Shown here: positions 21,116-32,000 of the stretch, one piece after another
Numbering within the stretch: the stretch's first letter is position 1
How the letters are laid out: each line of letters begins with the position of its first letter
Assembly: GCA_000091205.1 (NCBI GenBank)
Contig: AP006491.2
Strand: one strand, 5' to 3'
DNA: 64,000 bases
From: Cyanidioschyzon merolae
Lineage: Eukaryota
Program-made: the position numbers and the translations under genes
Notes under the pieces: generated by a model
Database searches by the model: none
What the model was told of the DNA's origin: nothing
The model's input: the letters and a program-made list of their open reading frames with translations, nothing else

Positions 21116-22738
21116 ATGAGGCGAGCTACCCCCCTTTTCATCGTAGGTGGGTGTCACCTGCATTTCCCCTCGTGCAACAGCACCGCGTTTCGTCCACTTT
21201 TTCTAAGCAAGCGTTATGGCCAGGAACGTTCGTGGACGAAGACAGGCCTCTGGCGCCTTGCACCGACGCACCAAAGAGGTCAGCGCAGCTCCGTCGCTTC
21301 CATTCACCGGAGAAGTCACGGGAAACTAGTGGCCGCGAACCTGGCTATGGCCGTAGAATCAGAACGACTCGGATCGGAGGGATCGAGGGTGTCACTAAGA
21401 ATCAAGGTCGACGGTGAGAGTACGCGGGCTGCAGTAGACTCGGTGTTGCAGGAGCTCGAGAAAACCGCGACTGTCCCGGGGTTTCGGAAAGGCAAGGTTC
21501 CGAAAAACGTTCTCGTGAGCTACTTTGGAGAGAAGAATATTAATGCCTCAGCGCTGGAAGAGGTGGTCAACGAGAACGTGAAGGTCGCTCTACAAGATGC
21601 AGGCATTCCGTATTTAGGAAACGCCACGTTAATTGAGAAACCAGAGGACGTAGTTGCGCGTTTTGTTCCTGGAGAGCCGCTCTCCTTTGATATCAGCGTT
21701 GAGGTATGGCCCGAGGCGAAGTTGAAAGAGTCTTACAAGAGCACGGAAATCGTCGTTGCGCGACTGCCAGATGATGATCTAGAGGAACTCGTCGAGCGAA
21801 CGCTCGAGGATCTCCGAAAGCGAACCGCACAGCTCCGGGATGTACCGGGTGGTACTATTGATTACGGATACACTGCCATCGCATCCATTCGATGCTATCG
21901 AATGCTTCCGAATGGTAAGCGAGGGGAGCGTATTCGTGGGGTGGCAGCCGAAGATGATGTCCAGGTCCCGATCGAGAAAGGACGCTTCCTGGAGGGCTTC
22001 GTTGAGGGCCTCATTGGCGCTAAAGTCGGCGAAGTGCTACAGATCCCCATACGGTTTCCGGAGAATCACAAAGTGAAGAAGTTAGCGGGGAAATCTGTAG
22101 TATTTGAAGTGAAAATCCACGCTGTCAAGGAGCGGGTGCTTCCAGAGGTGACGGATGAGTGGGTGCGGCAGGTCACAGAGCAGGAAAATGTCGAGAAATT
22201 GAAGGACGTTTTGCGCGCAAAACTAGTGGAAGAGAAAGAGGTAATGCGCGAGCGGAACATGGATCGAGCGATTGAAGACTTTATTTTAAGCATTACTGAA
22301 GTGGATTTACCTGAATCTTTAATTGAAGAGCAGATCAAACGGCAGTTCGCGGAGCTGATGACTGAGCTGAAAAATCAAGGAGTGCCAGATCACAAAATCA
22401 AGGCTATGATTACGAAGGAGAACTACGAACGCTACCGAACTGGACCTGCGAGAGGAACTGCGGAGAGGAGCCTCCGCATCGGTTTCGGTGTTTCCAAAAT
22501 CGTGGAGTCTGAGGGTCTCAAGCTCGACGACTCCGAACTCGAGAGGCGTCTGCAAGAGGAGCGAAAATTGGCTGGTGCTGAAGACTTTGACGAGAAACCT
22601 GTTCGTGACCGCCTCGTTGCTATTATGGAGCGTGAACTGGTCTTTGACTTTATCAGGAAGAATTGCAACTTCAAATTTATCAGCTCCTCTGTGGAAGACG
22701 AGAGCAGACGATCCGTGCCGGCGCAGCTCGCCGCCTGA
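21116..22738 (+). CDS. TIG: Trigger factor (plastid-type ribosome-associated chaperone/PPIase) with an N-terminal presequence
   Basis: N-domain signature …TATVPGFRKGKVPKNVL…. Central FKBP-like region and a C-terminal helical arm rich in E/K/R. The ~90-aa Ser/Arg-rich leader fits organelle targeting. Confidence 0.85.
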   Translation: MRRATPLFIVGGCHLHFPSCNSTAFRPLFLSKRYGQERSWTKTGLWRLAPTHQRGQRSSVASIHRRSHGKLVAANLAMAVESERLGSEGSRVSLRIKVDGESTRAAVDSVLQELEKTATVPGFRKGKVPKNVLVSYFGEKNINASALEEVVNENVKVALQDAGIPYLGNATLIEKPEDVVARFVPGEPLSFDISVEVWPEAKLKESYKSTEIVVARLPDDDLEELVERTLEDLRKRTAQLRDVPGGTIDYGYTAIASIRCYRMLPNGKRGERIRGVAAEDDVQVPIEKGRFLEGFVEGLIGAKVGEVLQIPIRFPENHKVKKLAGKSVVFEVKIHAVKERVLPEVTDEWVRQVTEQENVEKLKDVLRAKLVEEKEVMRERNMDRAIEDFILSITEVDLPESLIEEQIKRQFAELMTELKNQGVPDHKIKAMITKENYERYRTGPARGTAERSLRIGFGVSKIVESEGLKLDDSELERRLQEERKLAGAEDFDEKPVRDRLVAIMERELVFDFIRKNCNFKFISSSVEDESRRSVPAQLAA

Positions 22739-25292
22739 ACCAATAGGCCCTTGTCCATGGGACCCAGATAAATGACTTTATGAGAAAGTTAGCACTATCT
22801 ACAAGCAACGAAGCCGCGTTCAAATGATAGCCACCAGTCTCGATCGACATCTCTGTCCAGTACCATGCCCTTTCCACCTACCAGATGAAGACTGAATCCT
22901 GAACAGCTCGCTCTCGTCCTGCATTTCGATTTTTTCCAAACATGTTTTAGTTTTAAAGCCTCTACATTCAGAATGCAGGACCAAGCGCTGACCAATTCAT
23001 ACTTTGCTTCAGGCTTTACGCTCTTATTTTAGGAGCGACTCTTTCAACTCCCTGCCGCTAGAATTCGATAGGTCTCAAAAATCAAAAAGATTCGGCACGC
23101 GCTGGAGAAAGAAGTTATGAAAATGTCGATGCAATTATCCAATGCATCCACACCTGCCTCCTTTGGTGTCCGTTCCTAAAATGCAGCATGCCAGAATCAA
23201 GCATTTTTCAAGTTTTCGATTTTTCAGTCTCAGCGCATCTCGTAGTGGCAGCGAGTAGCGCAGCTAGGTTCACGAGGAACAATATGAAATCGAAGTTGGC
23301 CATTGATGTTTACTCCACTAGTGCATGCTAGAAGTGCTCTGAACTTCTCACGTCATATAACCGGTTCTTTTCGTAGTACAACTTACCTCTACTTGTGGAT
23401 ATCGACGAAAGGCGCTTACTTGCAGCATGATACCTTTTAGGGAATTTGCTTTCAAAAGATCCCGCTGCGTTTCTTTGATAGGAAATCGTCATGGACTTGG
23501 ACATAAATCGCTGCAGGCATCAATTCCAGCTACGAAAGCTTCGCAGAATCACACGAAGTTATCGTAGACGCCTCGAAATTCTTGATGGTACCTCCAGCAC
23601 GGATTTTTCTTCCGGTAATCGTTTCATCATGAACAACCTCGCTTTCCTCGGATCCAATCCTGTTCGGAAAAGAGAAGAGAAGGCAACAGAGTATGGCTCG
23701 TATCATATGCTCTACCTTATTCTCAATCGTTCAGCCGGGTCTAAAAACCTCATCAGTGCTGTGAAAGAAAGCAAATGTTCAGCAAACGTGTGGAACAGCG
23801 TGCGCTTCCGCGTGCAACGCACGGGGTACTCGTCGACGGAATTGGCGAGAAGATACCCGTGATCGCACGTTACGGCCCTGGGTGAGCAAACAAAGCAGGG
23901 CATCGGTGCCCGCATACGGTAACCTTCAAGAACATGTGCCGAGCAATGAAGCAAACGTTCACGTGCCAAAGAGCGGCTCCCGAATGACCAGGAGATATGT
24001 TGGAAATCTGGGCACACTTGATCACGTCCGTGTCGCAACTGCAAAGCGCGCCGATACTGTATACAAAAAAGATGAATGTGGGGAGCCATCCGTAGATCGC
24101 AAATTCCGTCTGTGCGTGAAATGCGTAGGCAAAGACCGGAAGAAACGAAATCGGCGCTGAAACGATGCCATCAACATCACTCGACTGCTGACAACGGAGC
24201 TGGAGGGACCGAAATGACTGACTTATCGAGAGTCAGAGACAAGGCAATGGAAAAGAAACCAGTCGCAGAAAAAGATCGCAAAAGCTAATCCTCGTGAAAA
24301 GGGGAAGAGATCCAAACCTTTAAATTCCACACCCGGGCTAGATGACGCGTTCGATTTTATTGTGACATGGGTTTATAGAGCGCTCTGGAGCATCGCCACC
24401 GACTTCAAAATGATCTCAGCCTCGCCATCTGTTGTTCGTATCCAAAAATGCACAGCATCGTGAGCAATGCAGTTGTACGAGCTGCGTGATTCAATTGCCA
24501 TCGCGATACAAAATGATAGAAACCTCGTTTCACGTGCAGCCTTGAAATTAGTAGAGAGGCATAGCCGACAAACCGCTCACGGAGAAAATACTTCCAGCCA
24601 AGTCGCCATGAACGCGGGCGCCACGACACGATGCTGCCAGGAGATGTTGTCTTCACGAATTCAGAAACCAGGCCAATGCTTTCAGCAGTTGACTCACAGG
24701 AAAGAACAGTTGGCCACGGGCCAATAAACGGTGAAACCTGTAGCGATGCGCGCGACTCTGTGAGCAGTCGCCGTAAAGGTTTCGGTCGCCCAACCTCGGG
24801 GTTCGCTCTCTGCGACTTTGCCTATTTGTTCGAATGCCGCCAAGCAGATGATCATACGCACTCAGGTCGACCTGATACAGTGCGACGCACTGTACACGCC
24901 AACCTAATGGTCTCAAACTCGGGATAGGAACACCAATGTTCTCTGAGGTAAACTTCCACCGGGTAATTGCCATCTGAGGAGCCAAAGGTTATGATATTTT
25001 GTATTTGCTTTTTCGAATGATCCGTAAAGACAATTCGGTTGGCAGCTGTGCCACTGAACAAGACGTCAGCTACATGGCAAAGCGTGATGTGTGGCGCAAA
25101 TGACGGCTAACTTGAGGTGATCGGTACTGACACCTCCACAGGTATTCTCTGCGCTCGTTAATGCGCCCTGTCAGAAGCAAAATGCCAGACTAAAGGACCA
25201 TAATTCATGAAAAGTTCTAACAATTACGAAAAGTTTTCTATGATACACTCTTATGCGTCGATCCGCAGCTTGAACAGCTGCCGCGGTGCGGG

Positions 25293-25736
25293 TCACGGGT
25301 GGTCATCGTCCTTGGATGCAATAGAAGCTTTTCTCAAGCTTTCCTCATACGCTGCGAGCTTCTCAGCATACGCAACCCATACACAGGTCTCACAGCCGTT
25401 ACCGCAACAATCGTAAGGTCCTGGCTCTTCTGGAGGTTGCAAGACTGAAGCGGCTTGCACGCCAGGAGAGGCTTCTTTCATAGATTCCGCCTTACCGGAC
25501 TTCTCGCCGTCGCGTGCTTCTGTCACACTACCCAGTGTGCTGAGGCCTTGGTTTACACGAGCGGGGATTGACGGCCGAGAAACGAGAGCTTCTGCGACAG
25601 TGCCTTCTGTTCCACGGCCTTCTTGCTCAGCTCGCGGTTCAACGCTCGTAGCACTTGACAATTCACGGACGTGCGAAGTAAGCAACGCTCGTTGAGCACA
25701 ATTTCGGTGACTTGGAGCGAAGTTTCCAGTACGCAT
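25293..25736 (-). CDS. Oxidoreductase-like domain protein (OXLD1-like), probable mitochondrial
   Basis: C-terminal motif …PEEPGPYDCCGNGCETCVWVAYAEKLAAYEE…, which matches the Oxidored-like PF09791 'CC-x-x-GC-x-x-CVW' pattern. Confidence 0.55.
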   Translation of the reverse strand: MRTGNFAPSHRNCAQRALLTSHVRELSSATSVEPRAEQEGRGTEGTVAEALVSRPSIPARVNQGLSTLGSVTEARDGEKSGKAESMKEASPGVQAASVLQPPEEPGPYDCCGNGCETCVWVAYAEKLAAYEESLRKASIASKDDDHP

Positions 25737-25845
25737 ATTCTGAAGCGCTAAGCTTACGAAGGGTGCGCAGCCTTCGAGTCACTGCCGGAATGAGATCCCT
25801 CGAGCCGTCAGTGTTTTCGTCGTCTGAGGTCTTTATTAGAATCTA

Positions 25846-27321
25846 TATATATTCAGTAAAACAAAAAACGTTCTATGACCATTGAGGGTCAATACATATA
25901 CCCACATGCGGACGCCTCCCAGCCTTTTTTGACCCGCCGCCTGCAATCGGTTCCAGTTGATTCACGCACACTTCGAGCCTCAGCAGTTGCCACATAGCGT
26001 TGGATCGTGTCAGCTGCTCGGGTCTCGTCTTCAGCACAACGCATCGTCTGATATTGGTAGCAGCGTTCAAGTCTCGGCTTACGAGCTCCATGCGTTTACT
26101 GCCGATCCCTGATCTCATCACACCGAGGGTTCTTAGTACTCGTGCCCTCTGTTCCGCTACAGTCTCGTCATCGTTCCACTCGACAAACACCGTCCCTCGC
26201 CTATCTCCTTCTTCTCCTTCTTCGCCACTTGCTCTTCTTCGCTCGATGGTCGGCGAGAGGAGGCATTTTTCGTTCTGGCTGCGTCGAATCCAGCAATGAC
26301 GGAACTCAGGATCCCCGACTTCCACATCCATACCATTCCCTTGGATTCTCTGTTTCTTCAAAATCATAGCGATTGTTCATTCGTTTAGGTGAGGACCTTC
26401 CCGCAAAAGCTAGGACTCGCGAAAGTAAGACACCATGCGCCCGTGTGTCAACGTGTGCCGGAAGCTTCAGCGATGACCCCACTGGAGCGACATCATACGT
26501 TTCACAATGGAAAACATTCTTTTGATGAGGTTGAATCAAGTAGAGCACAGAGGAATGAAAAGCAGCACTATACCTCGACAGGATCGGCAAAAGCCCGAAC
26601 GCAAGGGGAATGGTGAAATGCCACGGTGTCCAGCAGAAGGACGTCGCCCGACGTCGGGGCGAAATCTTCCATGATTCGATCAAGTGGCTGCTGTTGGTCG
26701 ATGAGCCTTCTCCACTAGTGAATCTGAGGCCGCAAATAAAGTCCACTCCGTCTGGAGCAGATGATGACATCCTCGCTCTCTTCGAGCTCGATCGTACATC
26801 CAGCGGGTGCACTGTCCGCGAATACCCATTTACGCTCCGGCCGCCTCGTCCGAAGCAAGTTTCATCGACTGAACAAGCAAACCGACGTCCGTGTCCCGGT
26901 CCCTGTGCTCCATACGGATAGTGGCGTTCCACGAACGCTGAAGTAGCTGTGACCTCGGTGGGAAATGGCCGTGCACGAACTGAGACTTTCTTTTTGCGAC
27001 TGTACCCCGTGTATTCAGGACCACTCGAACACGCTTTTAAGGAACAGGGACGCGCGTAGCGACTACTATTTTCGCATTTGTCTTTCGTAAAAGGTGGTCA
27101 GCGGGCCGTTTTCTACCGTTGATCGCGCGCATTCTCTGAGAATATCGATGTTTGACGCAGAGTGCATCTACTTCTTTCGGTCAGTGTTCGTCAACCATCT
27201 GAGTACTGTTGTACGACCGACCTGGAGGAGGAACGCAGTCCTCCATGCACTGTTCAGGAAAGAATATGTATCGCACAGGCGATTCGCCTACGATCTATCG
27301 GGTACATGGCATCGTGATTTC
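25846..27321 (-). mobile_element. Fanzor/TnpB-like repeat element, copy B (3'-end variant 2)
   Basis: ORFs 26306..26932 and 25873..26367 (…SRDLNAATNIRRC…). Shares the variant-2 3' module (ccattgagggt.aata.atacccacatgcggacgcctcccagcc) with copies C and E. Confidence 0.6.
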
Positions 27322-27623
27322 TAGCTGCTATGATTGCCCGCAGCGGGCGTGCAAAACATTGATTTGAAAGACTAAAAAATCGAAATCGCCGGTCTGGTTT
27401 TTGCGCGCGCCCCCAGGAATAAATTCTATCGCGTTTGAAATTTATACATTTCCCACGTTCAGTACTCATCGCAATGGCTCTAGCGAAGCACGTGATACAC
27501 GCAGGGGCCAATAACTGGCTGGCATCATGAGTAAGACTGCTCCAATTTCTTTTTTTGGCAAATGAAGAATTCCGACGGACTGCCCTGTACGGAACGATAA
27601 TTGATTCGCTTTCCTACCACGGT

Positions 27624-28683
27624 GTCAGATTCATAAAGAGAACACTTAACTGCTTTCTCTGTGGCCGTCGTTCGATTTGCTTCTGAACTTTTGTTCAGAC
27701 GTACAGCTTCGGCATTCGAAGCGCATCAGTAATGTTCTACGAACTCATAGGTATGTTGGAGATTCCGGGTCCTCGTTTCTGAGCACTCCTTCGACTCTTT
27801 GGTGCTGAACGTCGTGGACATCACGGTCAGCGAGACGTCGACGACGACCCCGGACGCTGCTTCTGGGAGCAACCGGTATCAGCAGCCAGTTTCTAAACCT
27901 TGGTCGAATATTCCTCAAATACGAGGGCGCCGAGGCGAAGATAGGCCTGCCGCCTGCGAGCGAGCCCGGCGTGAGTCTCAGACGTCTTGGCCGCATCGTC
28001 GCTAATAAACAGTACATGCGGGCTCGACACCCACGAGTTGGCAAGGTGTCTCGATTCGCGTCAAGCTCATCGGCACTTTTTGTGCGAAGAATTGGCAGAA
28101 AAACGAAGAGCGGGCAAGGAGGCGGGGTCCGAGTACTCGAATCCGACAGCGCGCACACAAATGTGCAGCGAACAGAGTACTCGCTGAGGAAATCACCCGG
28201 GAGAGGCCTGTGATCATTGGGCATGGCGCAGCGCGCGGAAACGGAGGACGGCATCGGGCGGAGCCTTCTGGAACGGTAAAGCGCATGTACCGAGGGATGG
28301 TTCAAGCGTTTACGCGCCACACAGTGGCGCTCAGAGGCGGTGGAGGACTGGTGGATGCACATGGGAACACCTGACCAGGTCCAAGTGTAACGGGTGGGGA
28401 GTGCACCCCGAGGCCGTACAGAAAGAGGATGCAAATGGTAAACGAAGCTCAGATCGTGACTCGCGCCAGTGCATAAAACGGGTCTACAACAGCGAGAAGC
28501 CGCGAAACAGAGACTTCAACGCTACGATCAGTATCCTTCGGCTGGTGACCATGGGGCTGGAGAGACATGAGCAACCGGCGTATTCAAAGCCAGAGGCGAG
28601 AGGGGAAATGGAAGCGATAGCGGTAAAAGCCCGCCAAGGCCGTCGTTTGCGGTAACGGTGAGTGGCACGAACTTTCGAGTATA
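27624..28683 (-). repeat. Unclassified ~1.06-1.08 kb dispersed repeat ('Repeat-2'), copy 1
   Basis: >97% identical to 41733..42810 (inverted) and 49411..50489. All three copies lie on the 5'/LE side of a Fanzor-like element copy. Here a 300-bp unique linker (27322..27623) separates it from copy B. Its internal ORFs (229 aa, 134 aa, 84 aa) are compositionally biased and overlap on both strands, so they are probably not coding. Confidence 0.7.
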
Positions 28684-28839
28684 TGCCTGAGATACGTAAT
28701 TAGACCTGTTGCATTTAAGTCTGACGTAGGTCCAGGCGGATCTCCACCGGCTGCCCCAACTTGAATTACTCTACAGATCTTGCGCTATCTGCAACAGCGA
28801 ATAAATGGAGACCCCAGCGCCGCACCCATACAATGTGCT

Positions 28840-31080
28840 CTACAGAGGCTGCGCCATCTGTAACAAGAAATGACCTGCGTGATTGACCGCTGTACCGATA
28901 TCCAAACCGATGTAAGCATCGTCAAGAAACTGAGCGATCCACCGCGGAAGTTTTTGTAGAAGAGCCGGTCTTGCGTATCGCCTGTCGGCAAAAATCATAA
29001 TGCCATAGTCCTGCTTGTTGCGTATAACACGGCCTACGCACTGGGCCGCCTGCCTCATTGCGTCGAAAACAAGAAACTCATCTTCCCGTATCTGATAACG
29101 TTGCTGCAGATATGAGAGACGTGCCTTCAGCAGACGAGATTCACTGTATTGAAAAGGAACACCGAAAAGTAATGCGCACCGCCCATAGTGATTATCAAAA
29201 TCTATGCCCTCTGCTGCGCGGCCGCGAGCGACCGATAGCAGCACAGCGCCCCTGCCCGCGTCACAGGCCATGCGATAATGTTTAATCGCAAGACCAGCCT
29301 CGACAGCGTCCTGAGTTTCAACAAATGTGAGCTTCAGTTTCTGTAGACGCTGGAGGATATCGCTCTCTACCCATTGGGAGACAATGTCATGCATGAATTC
29401 ATAGCTGGGGAAAAAGCAAACAACGCCATCCGGGACAATATCGGCCATATTGAGGAGCAATTCTCCATAGTTCCGAGCAATCGATATTTCCTTCCTCGTG
29501 CTGTACTGCGAGCTGATGGGGGACTGATCGACCCCCCGCGTCACAATCAAGGGACACAGACACGCCCGCTCTAAGGACATTGGAAATGATTCTGCGATCG
29601 CTGCCCTGAAAGTCAGCAACCGCGGATAGAACCACAGAGGGCTCAACGTTCCAGATGTGATCACCACGCTTTTGAATCGAGTCAAGACCGGTCGCATGGC
29701 AAGTGATGCATCCAGGCACGCAAGGTGAAAAATTCTCTCCTCCGGGTCATTGATCACCACAAAGCCTGCAGAATAGGTTCCTAGGAGCGTGCAGAAATCA
29801 CTCAGCTTTTGCAAGGGAGAGAAGGCTGCAACATCAGATATTTCCAGTGCCCATAGCAATGAAACGAGTCTGTCTGAGGCGAGCTGGAGCGCTCTTCGCT
29901 CTGTGCTGAGTCTATGGCATACAGCAAGCGCCATGCGCTGCGCTGTCTCTTCCATGATAAGATTGGAATCGACCAGTTCCTGCACGTAACTCAAGATCTG
30001 GCGCAAAAACTGTAGGAATCCAACAGTCGATTGGATTTCTGGACACAGGGATATTCGCATTTGATCAGGTATCATAGCACTGGCATCCGGCGCTGACTCC
30101 ACAACCAGCGATGGCAGTGCGCTTGGATCGAGGCCAGCTATCTGCATATCCCGAAGCTGCGATTCTCGGTCCGCGGTGCTGATTCCCCATGCAAGACGCT
30201 CATATTCTTGGTGGAGTCGTTCCACACCGCGTCGTTTCATCTCATGGACTCTAGAAGAGAGTGTATTCAGATTCCGAGCCGCGCACTGGAGTAGCTGGTC
30301 ATTCAGCTGTACGCTGAAGGCCTCGGTACAAACATTGTCAATATTATGAGCTTCATCGAAAACTATGATCGTATCGGGACCGAAGTCGCTGCTCACAACA
30401 CGGCTTACTCGAGGATCCAGAATGTACTGATAACTATAAACCACAATATGAGCAAAGGGAACCATCTGACGCGCCAGAAAGTAGGGACACCATCCTACGC
30501 GAGCGCCAAACTCTCGCAAGTCCGAAATAGAATACGCTGCACCGGCTGGTAGAATAAAGTTTTGTGAAGCCGCCGAAGAAAATCGCTCGTAAAAAGGACA
30601 GAGACCTGGTGGAATATCGACCTGGTGTCCATGATCAGTCGACTGGTATGCCCTCTCTCGAACCCACGAAGCAGTAAGCGCACGGCAGGCACTTTCCACA
30701 CCGCGTGGATTGTGTAAAGCCTCCTCGAGCACACACAGGTGGCTCCGGGCAGCGAGGCCAACACATAGAAGCTCGGAGGGATCTCCGCGGTTCGCTTGCA
30801 TTGTTGCAAAGAGGCGCTTCGCCTCAGCCAGCACCTTTTCCATCTCTTCAACCGTTCGGGTGCAGTAAACAAGTTTCCTGTAAACTAGCGGCCAACGGCT
30901 GATGTATGAACTCGCTAGGCTCAGGATGCTAACGGTCTTACCGGTACCGGAGGGCATTTCGATAACGGCATGACCTCCAGCATCAAGGGCACGTTTCAAT
31001 GACCGCATGTACTGTAGCTGCTCGGGGTACGGTTCTCTGTAGGGAAAATTCACGGCAAGGTCCTCGATATCGACTATCAT
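28840..31080 (-). CDS. ERCC2: TFIIH/NER 5'-3' DNA helicase XPD (Rad3/ERCC2)
   Basis: N-terminus MIVDIEDLAVNFPYREPYPEQLQYM. Walker A …MPSGTGKTVSLL…. Fe-S domain cysteines. DEAH box …IIVFDEAHNIDN…. The XPD-specific …IVVYSYQYILDP…. C-terminal …SGTLSP… and …GRVIR… motifs. Confidence 0.9.
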   Translation of the reverse strand: MIVDIEDLAVNFPYREPYPEQLQYMRSLKRALDAGGHAVIEMPSGTGKTVSILSLASSYISRWPLVYRKLVYCTRTVEEMEKVLAEAKRLFATMQANRGDPSELLCVGLAARSHLCVLEEALHNPRGVESACRALTASWVRERAYQSTDHGHQVDIPPGLCPFYERFSSAASQNFILPAGAAYSISDLREFGARVGWCPYFLARQMVPFAHIVVYSYQYILDPRVSRVVSSDFGPDTIIVFDEAHNIDNVCTEAFSVQLNDQLLQCAARNLNTLSSRVHEMKRRGVERLHQEYERLAWGISTADRESQLRDMQIAGLDPSALPSLVVESAPDASAMIPDQMRISLCPEIQSTVGFLQFLRQILSYVQELVDSNLIMEETAQRMALAVCHRLSTERRALQLASDRLVSLLWALEISDVAAFSPLQKLSDFCTLLGTYSAGFVVINDPEERIFHLACLDASLAMRPVLTRFKSVVITSGTLSPLWFYPRLLTFRAAIAESFPMSLERACLCPLIVTRGVDQSPISSQYSTRKEISIARNYGELLLNMADIVPDGVVCFFPSYEFMHDIVSQWVESDILQRLQKLKLTFVETQDAVEAGLAIKHYRMACDAGRGAVLLSVARGRAAEGIDFDNHYGRCALLFGVPFQYSESRLLKARLSYLQQRYQIREDEFLVFDAMRQAAQCVGRVIRNKQDYGIMIFADRRYARPALLQKLPRWIAQFLDDAYIGLDIGTAVNHAGHFLLQMAQPL

Positions 31081-31549
31081 CGGTGAAACTTCTGCAGCGT
31101 ATGCGTTTCAGAAGCTTGTGCCGTCAAGGAGCAGCCGCAGCAGCGTGCTGGAAAGTAGTGCAAAATAGTGCAGCACCCTCGTTCAGTGCACTATAGGTGT
31201 CAAGCGAGCGAAACGCGAAGCCTTGAAACTGTGTCACTGTGTTTCTGAGCACCATTGAAACCGTGCCCTGTGGAAGCTTTTCAGCCTTGAGAGGCCTCGT
31301 TTTCGCCTTCGAAAGTTTGTATCTCCGCGAAAGGTTCGTTCCAGTCACCGAAACGCATAGACAAGCATATGATTATCGAGGAAAAAGTGGCCCGCTATCT
31401 CAAAAACTCACGAAGATGAGTTCAAGAGTGTAGGCAACTTGGACGCAGTCGACCGCCCAGTCAAAAGTTGACCGAACCGCAATCCAACCGCATAAGCGTG
31501 AAATTGCTCAGTAAAACAAAATATGGTGTACGACCATACAGTAACTGCG

Positions 31550-32000
31550 TATACCCACTCGCAGAAGCCAGACAGCAAAACTACCGGCCTCTTGTTATCG
31601 TTTCAGTTAATCCAGGCAAACTTCGAGCCTGAGACATCTCCACGAATTTGGATCGCGCCAGCTCCTCGGGTCTCGTCTGCAGAATCGCTTATCGTCCGAT
31701 ACTGATGGCGGCGTTGAAGTCTCGGTTCAAAAGCTTCTTGCACGTATTGACGCTGTTGAACTCACCAATGCAAAGATTCCTCGAACTCGTGCCCTCCGTG
31801 CCACCATAGTCTCGTCATCGTCCTGTCGGGCAAACACCATTTCTCGCATACCTCCCCATTGTTGTTCTCCTTCGTCATACGCTCTTCTTCGATCGATGAT
31901 ACACAATGAGGGGATTTTTCGTTTTGGTTTTGTCGAACCCGGCGATGACGGCTTTTCGAGATCCTCGACGTCCATGTCCGTACCCTTCCCTTGGATCTTT
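31550..32000 (-). mobile_element. Old, degenerate fragment of the same Fanzor/TnpB-like family (copy F, ~70% nucleotide identity)
   Basis: Nucleotide homology to the 3' ~450 bp of the element, e.g. …cactcgcagaagc…cttcgagcctgagac…ctcgggtctcgtctgcag…. ORF 31727..31975 (MDVEDLEKP…DDDETMVARRARV…) parallels MDVEVGDPE…NDDETVAEQRARV… in the young copies. A shifted frame reads …LLNRDFNAAISIGR*. Confidence 0.55.

Noticed and set aside
27745-28434. 229-aa ORF (MHPLSVRPRGALPTRYTWTW…) and overlapping 80-134-aa ORFs inside Repeat-2, present in all three copies
   Set aside because: Strongly R/S/P-biased, junk-like composition. Mutually overlapping on both strands. No recognisable motif. They look like byproducts of GC-rich repeat sequence and are not proteins, so they are reported only as a repeat.
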